Source: the human T2T-CHM13v2.0 reference genome, Homo sapiens
Length of the DNA: 64,000 nt
Reading direction: 5' to 3' (one strand)
Assembly (NCBI RefSeq): GCF_009914755.1
Contig: NC_060932.1
Below, piece after piece: positions 1 through 11,791 of the stretch. Every line of letters begins with the position of its first letter. The stretch's first letter is position 1. The notes below the pieces were generated by a model. The model did no database searches and was not told the DNA's origin. It saw only the letters and a list, made by a program, of their open reading frames with translations. Made by a program: the position numbers and the translations under genes.

Positions 1-789
1 GTTGGGAGAGGAGAATCTAATGAAATTTTCTGTTGTATTGCTATAGAAGTTGAGGCAAGTGTTGGTGGTTTTTGAAACATCTTGGTAACCAGAGCCAGAG
101 TTGAGATTGAATAAAAGGTCTTCTGTCCACCTTTCTACGTGTTGGGCAGAGATGGAGTGGCCATCAATTCCAGTGGTTTAGGTACCAGAGGTTAAGAAGT
201 TTTCTCTCAGGTTGGATTATCTGGGAAAAATTTTAAAAATTCGACTTCTCTTCCCTTCCCCCAGCCTCATTATTAAGTAGATGCCAGATGGTGACTTGTA
301 GATTGTATTTCAGTTTCCCCATTCACTCAGAAATTTTATGACTTTGGTTTCATATCCACAGGGCAAAATGTTTCCAAAGAAGCTTGAAAATTGTTGAGGG
401 GATTGAATGTCCCTCCAACAGCCCCTTGGGAGGCACTTAGGGGTAAACGTATCTTTTTAATCTATTTATTGTGCTGTGTCTATGGGGGCTACTGGATATA
501 TCATTTTGATAGAAAAAATAAGTTAAATTAGTCAAAGCAGTGGCCTGACTGAGCCAGACTCCCTCCATCCACCCCAAACATGACTGGTTGTGAAATTTGT
601 GCTAGAAAGAAAACCCAGGATTATTAATGGGCTGGCCATCTAGAATATCTGTCATACTTTTGCTTTACAAACCGCTGCCCGCATCACTCTGTGAGCCAAG
701 GAATAAGTCAACCAGACTTAAAATTATCACAGAAGCCACAGCTCTCATTCCCATTTCCAAGAATATGCCTGAGTGGAAGGACAGACAAT

Positions 790-969
790 CTCCTGAGTGG
801 CTCTACCACTTATCAGAGATGTTGCTTTGTTACTTAGCCAGTCTGGCCTCAGTTTCCTCATCTGTAAAATGGTGGTCACTCAGTCCGCTTCTCAGGATTA
901 CCATGAGGACGAGAGATGAAGTTCATGAAGGAGTTTTTGGCGAAGAGTAAGAGCTCCACAATTGGGAAC
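790..969 (+). mobile_element. MIR SINE fragment
   Basis: MIR core CCTCAGTTTCCTCATCTGTAAAATGG at ~847-872; boundaries approximate. Confidence 0.8.
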
Positions 970-981
970 TATGTTTATTAT

Positions 982-1318
<337 letters not shown>

Positions 1319-1791
1319 TGATTATTTGTGAGTCTTTGTGCATAGTCTTAACCATTATGAGCTTTTAAAATGGGAAGAAAGCCCTCCTAGGTTTATTAAT
1401 TAACTGACTTAAGAGACAAAATGTCTTTGCGTTACCATCAGTCACATTTTGGCTGTGGTTCATCTGCTTATTAATGTGTCCTTTCTCACGGCCCCTAGGA
1501 AACAGGTCAGCTGAATGTCTTGTGGCCTCTGCCTGGTCTTAGGTATCCTGGTGCAGGGACTGGGTGGCGGAAGTAGGAAGAGGCAGTGAATGGCACCCCT
1601 CTTTGGGCAAAAGTGTTGTCACCGACTTAGCTGAGTAGTTCGGGTCCCAAAGTACTCTTGCCTTAAAAGGCCCACAGGAGACATCCGAAGGCACAGAAGA
1701 GCAGATCATATTAAAATTATGGGGACATCTGATTGTTCTGTCTAACTCCTCTGGGAGAGGCAGATTCTCCATCCTACAGCAATCACACTGA

Positions 1792-2094
1792 TTTTTTTTT
1801 TTTTAAATTTAGAGATGTGGTCTTGCCCTGTTGCCCAGGCTGGAGTTCAGTGGCAGGATCATAGTTCACTGCATCCTGGAACTCCTGGCCTCAAGTGATC
1901 CTCCTACCTCAGCCTCCTGAGTAGCTAGGATCACAGGGGTGTGCCAACCTGCCTGACTAATTTTTTTATTTTTTTGTAGAGAAGAGGTCTTGCTATGTTT
2001 CCCAGGCTGGTCTTGAACCCCTGGCTTCAAGCAATCCTCCTGCCTCAGCCTCCCATAGCACTGGGAGTAGAGATGTGAGACACTGCGCCCAGCT
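1792..2094 (-). mobile_element. AluJ
   Basis: Diverged dimeric Alu with J-type GATCATAG..CACTGCA..CCT and CTCAAG.GATCCTCC motifs; poly-T tail. Confidence 0.92.
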
Positions 2095-2483
2095 GCTTCT
2101 CTTTTGGTAGCTGTTTTGATGCTGCTTGGTCTCCTGTCTTCCACTTTTGCATATCTCTGTCAAGACAAGGCACTATTTCCATTCCTACCTAAGAGGAATT
2201 ATAGTTTTCCTCTCTGTGCTTGAAAGAAAGAATATGCTGGTGTGTTATTAGGCTTGCTAACGGGTCTGAAGATATCTAAGATTAAAGGCACACCATACTT
2301 AATATCTTTCTTAAGGAACTAATTTGGACAAAACACCAGGTATGTAATTATCAAAAAATTGGAGCCAGTGGAGAAGATGGAAGGAGTTATTATGTTTAAA
2401 CAAATGAAGACATAGAAATGAAACTGTCACATCATCTACAGGCATGTAAGTTTCCATCTGACCTGCTGGGTAGCTGTTTATAA

Positions 2484-2716
2484 TAGAAAGGACACAGCAT
2501 TTGGAATCAGAACATTTGAATTGTGTTTCAACTCTGCTTGATACTAGTGTGATCGCATTGGGTAAGACTTGAGTCTCAGTGTCCGCATCTATAAATGGGG
2601 ATAATAATGCCTGCCCTACCTGTCAGGCTTGTTGTAATGATCAAATGAGTTTAATGATGATCAAATGAGTTTAATGTGAAAACGCCTTGTACCAAATGCC
2701 ATATAAGCATTATTAT
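2484..2716 (+). mobile_element. MIR with internal 20-bp tandem duplication
   Basis: CTCAGTGTCCGCATCTATAAATGGGGATAATAAT core; tRNA-like 5' part. Confidence 0.8.
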
Positions 2717-3831
2717 CAGGTTATAGCTCAATAAAAAGGAGCTTCACGTCCATTTATATCCACTCAGTGCATAGCTGATCCTGATCTCCAAGGAAATTAG
2801 AATCAGCTACTGACTTCATATAGAAAACTGAAGGAAAGCGTCTGCAAAACTCAAATCACTGGTTTATGGAAGCTTTTTGTCATTTCCAAATGAATCCGGG
2901 AAGAATTTAGCAGCTGAAGCAGTTTCGCTGCTTCATTTGCTTTCAAAACCTCAAGTTGTCTGGAAAATTACAGGGTTGGAGTGGCTAAGAAAGTGAAGCC
3001 ACTGAGGAAGGCATTGTTGGAGAGGTCCTTGTATGGCCGGCACTGCTGAGTTCTGCTGCAGACACCACGAAGTCAGCTGTTTTCAACCAGAGAGCCGGGC
3101 TGGAGGAACTAAACTAACCAGGAGAGCCTTTCTGTGTTCAATTCCCAAAAGCCTGAGGAGGAAGTTAATTTGCTCAAGCTTGCTCAGGGACTTTCTGGTG
3201 CAGAGAGGAAAAAGGAAAAAAAAATCCTTCTTGAGTAGGAGGAGGTGGAAAGTCAGAATTTTCGAGGCTTTTACTGTACTGCTGGAACAAGAAAGAGCCA
3301 GTACGGGACAAGGAGAAACAAACATGTCCGTCCCTTGACTCAGTTTCTTGATCTCCTTCTTGGCAGGATACACGGCTTGTCTTGCGAACAGAGCCCTTGA
3401 AAGATCTAGCCAGCATGTGGGCTCATGTAGAAAGTACATACCAAGTGGTTTTCCTTCATTACATGATAGCGGTGGATTTAGGTCAGGACCGTGAGCTATG
3501 CCTTTCATAGTGTGCCCAGTGAAGTACTAATGCTGACATGATTTTTTAAGTTCACAATTGTTCCTGTGTCTGGGCAATGGTGTTAGAAAGTCAAAATGCT
3601 CTCAGTCATTAAAGAACAAGATTAGGCTCACCTGTGCAGGCAGAGAATTGGGGCTAGCTCATAGTGAGTAGATGACAAGTCCAAAATAATAATAATAGCT
3701 GCCTTTATCTGCTGTGTTCTATGCTTTATTCATTGTGTTTTGTGTGCATTTTTTTCTCATTTCATAATCACAACTAACTTATGAGAGAGGTAGTATCACC
3801 CCATTTCTCAGAGTAAAAAATAGTACTGGCA

Positions 3832-4173
<342 letters not shown>

Positions 4174-4203
4174 TCAAAGACGTACATTACTAGATGTCAG
4201 AGC

Positions 4204-4648
4204 TGAGAAAATAACTTTTATCTGAGGAATATCAGTCCTTTTAAATTATCAGGCCCAGAGGGACATTAAAATGAGACAACAATCACATCCTACTTCCCGC
4301 TTGAGCATCTCTCAAAATTGCTTGCTGTTGCCACAAGTAGCTATAAATTAACCCACTAAGGCCACACCAGACACTATAACCCACACCCTATAGCTTAACG
4401 ATATATAGCCAACCCGCTAATGAATGTTATTTCTGTAGAACAATAAGAATTTCTGACAAATAGCTTTGTATCTACCCACTGTCTGTTCCCCTCTTTTGCT
4501 TTTAAAAATTCACTTGTAACTGCTGCTAATCAATGTATATTCTGAGCAACTTGAATCAGTGTTCCCAGATTACAGTCTTCAAGCTTGGCCCAAATAAGCT
4601 CTCCATTTATATTAATTTTTTTCTCAGCTTCTTCCTTTTAGGTCAATG
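4204..4648 (+). mobile_element. Solo LTR, LTR47-like
   Basis: Matches recalled LTR47 consensus (AAATAACTTTTATCTGAGGAAT...TTATCAGGCCCAGAG...CAAGCTTGGCCCAAATAA...CCTTTTAGGTC). Confidence 0.75.
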
Positions 4649-5160
4649 TATCCAAGATTTAGACTCAAGTATGTCTACAGGTGACCTTGTACTGCCTTGA
4701 CTAAACAAAAACTTGTTGAATTCCTCAATCCGTAGGGCACCATGAAAGGTGCTGTGCTGTCTTACTCCCAGGCTTCAGTGGGTTTTTCCCTCTCATAGGA
4801 TAAACAAAAGGACACAAATAGCCGTGACATAAGACCTAGCATAGTAAGTGTCTGAAGGAGGAGCCATATTCAACAGATGCAGCAATAGGCAATTGATCAG
4901 TCAAAGCAGGTGCTGGCATGAAACCACCAGTCCCGATGTACCAGCAGGGACAAGTTAATCAGCAGTCCCAGCATAGGGGAAACATTTTGAAAGCCACGTT
5001 CATTACCATCCATCAAAGAGGATGAGGGTGAATTGTGGTTTTGAGGCCTCATCTAGAACATAAGTTAAACCTTTTGTAACTCAAATTATAACTCAACAAA
5101 CATCAATGGCATTGATGTGGGACATTAGCTCCCCATCTTACCCTAAGCATCTCCCAGACA

Positions 5161-5230
5161 CTTTAGTGTAATGCTTGTGTGTAATGCTTTGTGTGCAATG
5201 CTTTAGTGAAATGCTTGTGTAATGTTCTGT
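5161..5230. repeat. Degenerate ~13-bp minisatellite (CTTTAGTGTAATG-like, ~5 copies)
   Basis: Units read directly from the sequence. Confidence 0.8.
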
Positions 5231-5552
5231 GGAATCTTCATCTCTGGACACCAAGTTGGCCAGGCACAGCTGTGTTTTGGTGACTGCAACCACTCCTCCA
5301 ACCATGGACTCCCCACAGGGGCGGCTTCTCTCTCTTCACCTGTAAGAATTCCAACATCTTAAGAATAGGTCTGCTCACAAACTTTTTAGCTGTTTAGACT
5401 CTGTTATATCCTATTCTCAGAAATCTTTATTCTTTGTTGGCTCTCTGGGAGAATGCTAGCAACATGGTGTACAGTGTAACTCACCATCTTCTTTAACCAA
5501 TTTTATATCTAGACCGATGGAAAAATGATCCCTCTGCCCCCAGACCACAAAG

Positions 5553-5670
5553 CATATGTTGAGTTCTTGCTGTTAAATCTGCTAGGTACCATGTCAGAGA
5601 CCAAAGGAGAAGGCATGTTTCCTTGCTTGAAGAGTTTTTACCCTCCCTAGAGAGACAAGACTGATGTCCC
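5553..5670 (-). mobile_element. L2 3' fragment
   Basis: Degenerate antisense L2 3' end (TGTTGAG...CTGCTAGGTAC...CCTTGCTTGAAGAGT). Confidence 0.5.
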
Positions 5671-5724
5671 CGTGGAGATCAGGGCATCAGAGAAGGAGTG
5701 CGACAGGCAGCCCTTTCCTTTCCT

Positions 5725-5832
5725 CATGCTGTGACCTTGCTCAAGCCACTCAACCTCATGCTGTGCCTTCATGTCCCCATCTGAAAAGAAAATAACTGAC
5801 CTAGACGGTATTTTACTGCTATTCTAGTTCCA
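5725..5832 (+). mobile_element. MIR/MIR3 fragment
   Basis: GCTGTGACCTTG..CAAGCCACTCAACCTC...CCCCATCTGAAAA. Confidence 0.65.
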
Positions 5833-6260
5833 CTTTTTTCAGATTTCATTAACTCATAAGAAAACAGTGGTAAACAATTCATGACCTACTGGGAGAATCA
5901 GACGTAGGTTCTGTGTAGACCTGGAAGGAAAATGTGCATAGTGAGTTGGAGGTGTTCATAGAAGAAGACTTGAAGGATAAGAAGGGACTCATTTGCATAT
6001 TAAGGAACAATTAGGCTTGGATTTGCAATGTGTGGGAAGAATTTGGTCCATTTCTATCCAGGGTATAAAAGGATTAGTTTTGGGAAGTTACTATCTAAAG
6101 GAAATTGTAGTTAGTGTATGTAGTGGGGGAGTGGGTGGATTCAGGGTGCATTTTAGACAAATTTGCTATATTTCTGTCCTTAATTTGTTTTCCTAAAATC
6201 CAATTCCATTTCTTGAGCTTCTTTCTTGCCCTCTAAGTTAAAACAAGAAGTGGCAGCACA

Positions 6261-6262
<2 letters not shown>

Positions 6263-6296
<34 letters not shown>
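6263..6296. repeat. (TG)17 microsatellite
   Basis: Read directly. Confidence 0.98.
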
Positions 6297-6297
<1 letters not shown>

Positions 6298-6446
6298 ATT
6301 TCACCACTTCTTGTTCCTGAATTCTGAATTCTAAGGGAAAGAACAGCTTATATGTCTATTAATAGCTGTCTGCACACTTTCTTTCTGGAACCCCCCACTC
6401 CCAATATTCTTTCATTATCTAAAGGGCTCCCAGGTGTAAATAGTAC

Positions 6447-6961
6447 CATGGTAGCTTGTCTTCAAAGATGACCCCCCTGCATAGAATCATGTGTCGTCAC
6501 ACAAATGCACCCTTGCATAACCCTTTCTTTTTGAATCCGACTGACCCTGAAACTCATTCCGTGGAGAGGTGGCAGAAGTGAAGCTGCCTGACTTCTAAGA
6601 CTAAATCATAGAAATCCCTGATGTTTGGGCCTGAGTGTTGGTATGTTAACTCTTGGTAAACTCTCAGTTAGAAATTAGCCACGATATAAACAGGATAACA
6701 ACTATCTTATCCTGAGATGTCATGCTGGGAGAAGCTGAGATGCTATGTGAAAAGATCCAGGGGCCCCAAAGGGGCCTGTAAGTGAAGGAACCACCTAAGA
6801 AGTGGATCCTCTAGTTCAGCTGATGTCATGTATATCAGAGACAAACCAACACAACCTGTCCCAAATTCCCGACTCACAAAAATTATGATCAAGCAAAAGT
6901 GGTTGCTTAAATCCCTAAGTTTTTGGGTGTAGTTTTAAAGCTGCAATAGACAGCTGGAAGA
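6447..6961 (+). mobile_element. MLT1 (MLT1G/H-like) ERVL-MaLR solo LTR
   Basis: MaLR motifs GGCAGAAGTGA..CTG..TGACTTC and CTAAGTTTTTGGG...GCTGCAATAGA; 5-bp TSD AGTAC at 6442-6446 and 6962-6966. Confidence 0.85.
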
Positions 6962-7054
6962 AGTACCACAAAGCTGTAATACTATTCCTAGAAGTGTTTG
7001 CAGCAACAATGTACAATTTTTTTTTAAGTAGTGGAAAGTAAGGTCGGAAAAAAA

Positions 7055-7513
7055 ATTAAGGCCAGACCGTATCATTCTAAGACATTTTTATTTTATTCAA
7101 TGAATAATGGAAAACTATTAAAGTTTTTGATTAGGATAATGACCTGTTGCAATAAAAATTTACCTAGAAGTCTGGCTGATGCCTTTGAGAGAGAGAAAAA
7201 ATAAACAGAGCCAGGAAAATCAGTTAGGGAGTCCAGGAAAAGAGTAAGGAAGGTCTAAAATAGAAAAATAGGGATAGAAATGGAGAGGAGGGAGTGGGCA
7301 AAGTATGTTGCAGCATTATCATAGACAGGATTTGATAACTAACTAGATATGGGGTGCAAGGAAGCAGGGGAGAGTCAAAAAGGACCTCACGTTTGTAAAG
7401 CCTTGGTGACTTGAAATGACTGAGCCATTAATAGAACCTGGTGACTTCAGAGGAGGATTATGTTTGAAGGTGGGGGAGGGGAGGGAGGAGGGTGATAATA
7501 AATTCAGTTTTGT
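7055..7513 (-). mobile_element. L2 fragment
   Basis: Purine-rich antisense L2 (ACAGGATTTGATAAC...GAGAGTCAAAAAGGAC...AATTCAGTTTTG). Confidence 0.75.
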
Positions 7514-7518
7514 GATAT

Positions 7519-8107
7519 TTTACTAGCAATCTATTGCTGACTAACAAATTTTCCCAAGACTAAGTGGCTAAAAGCAGCAAACATTTATTATATCGCATAG
7601 TCTGTCAGGGTCGGGCATCAGGAAGTGGCTTGGTTAGGTGGCTCTGGGTGTCTCAGGAGGTTTCAGTCAAGCTGTCGGCCCAGACTGCTGTTATCTAAAG
7701 ATTTGACTGTGTCTGCGGGAGCTTCTTCTAAGCACACTCACATGGTTGTTGGCAAGAGGTTGCAGTTTCTGGCCACGTGGACGTCTCCATAGAACTGCTC
7801 ACAATATGGCTTTTCTCAGGGCAAGGGATGCAAGAGAGGCAAAAAGAGAGAGGATGGGGCAGGAGGAGGAAGGAGAGGAAAAGGAGGAGAAAGAGGGAGG
7901 GAGGGAAGGAAGGAGGGAGGCAGAGCCGGAGCCCAGAAGAGAGCCATAGTTTTTTTAATAATCCAATTCTGAAGTGATATGCCAACACTCCTGCGGCATT
8001 CTATCTGTTAGAAGCAAGTCACTAAATCCAGCCCACACTTGACGGGAGGAAAATTAAGCTCCACCTCTCCTGAAGGGAGAATTGGACAGATTTTTAAAAC
8101 CACCACA
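7519..8107 (-). mobile_element. MLT1F-like solo LTR containing a GA-rich expansion (~7833-7921)
   Basis: CTATTGCTG..TAACAAAT...AAACATTTATTAT...TAGAAGCAAGTCACTAAATCCAGCCCACACT...TTTTAAAACCACCACA; TSD GATAT/GATGT. Confidence 0.85.
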
Positions 8108-8230
8108 GATGTAAGGTTTAGCTGCTGAGAATCTCTCTGGGCAAGGACAGCCATGGACTTTAGGAAATGTGCAGATGGAACTCAGGATTTTGATGAGAGT
8201 GCATACCGGGGATTGAGAAATTATTCTTTG

Positions 8231-8545
8231 ATTCATTTGACTTACAAATACTTATTGCACATCTCCAAAGTGCCAGGCACTCTGTTGAGAGAAGGGATCG
8301 GATGGTGAATAAGACAATTAAGGTGCCTGTCTTTATCGTGCTGACAGCCTAGGGGAAAATTCAGATAAGCAAACAGGAAGTTATACATAGAAAATTATAA
8401 TACCTTGGCAATAGGAAATGGGGAGTTAGAGGGTGAGATTTAAAATGAGATCTGAAGGATGTGTAAGAATTAAGCAGATGAAAACAGGGTTAGAAGAGAG
8501 ACATAGAGGACAGCGTGGGGATCGTGTGGAAGTCAGGAAAAAAGG
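8231..8545 (-). mobile_element. L2 3' end
   Basis: ATTCATT...AAATACTTATTG..CA...GTGCCAGGCACTCTG...GTGAATAAGACA. Confidence 0.8.
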
Positions 8546-8564
8546 ATGCTGTCTAGGAGACAGG

Positions 8565-8890
8565 AGCTGTTTCCAACGTGGCTGCTCATGAACAGAATCT
8601 GGCCCAAAAGCTTATTTGATTTGGCCTGCATTCTGCTTTCTTTCTTTCAAAAAATGAAATCATTGCCAATATTTAAAAATCCTGGATTTCTGGTTTCTCT
8701 AGAAATTTGCATTCTCTTGTGGCATTTCCTGCTGGTGTTGAGATGGGGCTGTTCCCTTTCCAGGTCCGCCTGCCTCCCCACCCCTCTCAGTTGACGCCAA
8801 TGCTGTTGCCCTTTACTATCTCATTTACATTGTTAGATGGGCCTATTTCCTTCATTCTGACTCTCTGCATTGCCCTCGTTCACATTTAAA
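8565..8890. mobile_element. hAT-Charlie DNA transposon relic
   Basis: AATCTGGCCC...TTTGGCCTGCA...TTGCCAATATTTAAAAAT...GATTTCTGGTTTCTCT resembles recalled Charlie-family consensus. Confidence 0.5.
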
Positions 8891-9217
8891 TGTGCAATTC
8901 TTGATTGCCTGTTTGGATATACCACCATTTGGTACACGTTTACATCATCCAAGATGATGGTAGATGTAGCATTAGGGGAAAAATTACCCTATCAAAGAGG
9001 GATTCTAGAAGGCACAGCTGAAAGGTCTGGAAGGGAAGGGAGGCTTGGCAGAGTGGTCAGATGGGTGGAAGCACTTGGCCATAAGAGGATGAAATGCTGG
9101 AGAGGACAGTGTTTGTGGGGCTGCCATTGAGGATGGCAGACAACAGGATGGGGAGACACTGTGGGCTACAATCTCTCCAAAAGAGTAAGTTCTAGCAATC
9201 CCCTGAAGGAGGATGTT

Positions 9218-9464
9218 AATAAGAATAGCCAATCATCATGGAGCACTTACTATACATCAGCTCCTGTTCTAAGCACTCTGGAATCATTATTTCCATTATT
9301 ATCATAACAATGCTAGGAGAAAGTACTAGTACTATATCATTTTTTTGGCAGATGGGGAAACTGAGACAGAGAGAAATTGAGCCACTAAAATTAGATAATG
9401 GCAAAATCAGGATTTTATTCCAGGCCTTGTGACTCCAGAGCCTGAACTCTCACCCCAAAACTAT
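9218..9464 (-). mobile_element. MIR
   Basis: GAGCACTTACTAT...CAGATGGGGAAACTGAG.CAGAGAG...TGACTCCAGAGCC. Confidence 0.85.
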
Positions 9465-11162
9465 GAGGGAGGAAATTTGAAAGCGGCATCACGACAGCAT
9501 GAGCCAGCTGGGCGGGCTGGATGAACTGCGCTTGAAAATGGTTCCTTGTCTCCAGGATTTGCAGAGACACCAGCCTCTCTGGAAGGAGCTAACTTCATTC
9601 TGGATGACTTGTGTCTTCTTGATTTTAATTAGTTTGTTTTTTTAATTTTTGGGCAGGCTCCAGAGAGAGGCTCCCAGCCTGAGGCTGCTGGCAAGTAGAT
9701 GCCTAAGGCCTGATTATTAGAGGACTGATGTCATGAGCTAGGGCAGTCAGGCAGTGTCGTGATAGTCCGATGCCTGGGGTCTCTAGGTCAGATGCCTGGT
9801 TTCTTGAGGCTGACCTAAGTACACAATGCAGTTCAGGATTTTTATAAATCTATATTTATTATTAGTCACAAGCACTCTCAGTGTCGGGCCCTGCCTTGAG
9901 CTTTGTCTGTTGGGGTCTTGTGTAGTCAAGCGTGGCGCAAAGGTACACAGCCAGCCCCGGCGTGTTTTGTGAGCTGTGACTAAGCTTCAGAATGTATCCT
10001 CGCTTGGGTCTTGCTAACATGACTGAAAATGTTCAATATTTACAGCCTACAGTTCTCTGCTTCCACCTCCATGTTTGTGATAACCTCGCTTTAGAATGAA
10101 AATCCTGAAATTCTTATAGCTAAAGCTCCCTCTTTCTTAGACGACGTCTATCTGAGAAGGGATAATTGAATTCACAGAAGTAGATAACTTGAGCTGTAAA
10201 CATGGTTTATCAATTCAAATCTTTTCAATATGGTTTGGTTTATCTCTTGGCCTGTCTTGAGTCCCGGGGACCCCCTGAGGAAAAAACATAAACCCTTCCG
10301 GCTCCTGGTTTTGATAATTACCCTTAGCATCGGCTGCCAGGATTTCTTCCTAGCAGTATAGTGCCAGTTTTCCCTCTGGTTTTTCCTTCTTTTGCTGAAT
10401 CAGAATAAGGCTCAGCATAGAAGCCCTCTGTCTTGCAACATTTGCCTAACATGTGCATTTCAGACTAACCGACAGCAATGTTGCTGTGGCAGTTTGGACT
10501 TCCTAGAAATAGCATTTTCATAGTTGGAGGCATGTTAAAATAATAAAAGTAGGCTGTCATCCCTGGGTTATGGGTGAAAGAGCTATTTATAGATGAGCAA
10601 AAAATCCCCAATGTGATAACTTACATTATTGTACAAGGACAATGGAAAATTCTTCAGAAGACAGATAGTATAAAAGGGATTTAAAATTAACCTCGTCATG
10701 TTTTATTCATCAAGACCTTAAGTCGACTTATTTTTTTATGAAGGCCATATAATTTTGATTCCTTTTACCTCTCTTTTTAAAAATAAAACAGCAAGCCATT
10801 GAAATAATTATACAAGGTCACAAACTGTGGTCCTACTGGCGTGTCTTGCCTGAAGACCGATTTGTTTTGCTCAATAAATATTTTATAAAATTTTAGTTTT
10901 TAAGTCCTTTAGCCTGGGCTCGTTCTTTCTAGTTTATATAGTCTGCAGTGTGCTCTATGGCAGCACTGTGGGCCGCTTTGGATGCCCGATGAGTATTACC
11001 TTGTGCAGATCATGTTTCTTCTATGCCCTCGTCTTTGTGCATATTGTGTCCTCAACTACTGTATCTTTCTTAACCCATTCTTTGAATGCAAATCTTACAT
11101 ATCTCATACACTACTTCCAAGAAGACTTCTTAGGTTATTTTTGTCCATGGCTATCTTTTGCC

Positions 11163-11458
<296 letters not shown>

Positions 11459-11725
11459 ACTCTCTTGCCTTCTTAATTCTCAACACATGTAATTCTCAAA
11501 TGTTAGGGATCAGGTAGAGGAAATGTGATTATTGAAATGTGTTATAATAATGTTATAATGATACTTAAGATCCTTGAGGACAGGTACCATGACATCTAAT
11601 TGAAAATGCACACCTCAGTGTTGGCCACAGCTTACACATTGTAGTTCTTTTGGATTGCATAGCATTTCAGATTTACTTGGTTCATTTGGCACTTCAAATA
11701 ATGAATAATTAGATGTTGGAAAGTA

Positions 11726-11791
11726 AAAAAAGAAAAAAAGGAAGGAAGAAGAAAAAGAAAGAAGGAGAAAGGGGGAGAAGAGAGGAAAGAA
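11726..11791. repeat. GA-rich low-complexity tract
   Basis: Read directly. Confidence 0.85.

Noticed and set aside
3033-3508. Overlapping ORFs of 101, 141 and 80 aa
   Set aside because: No recognisable protein family or exon structure; lengths compatible with chance
5311-5325. CTCF site (CCCCACAGGGGCGGC)
   Set aside because: Core spacing is one G short of the consensus
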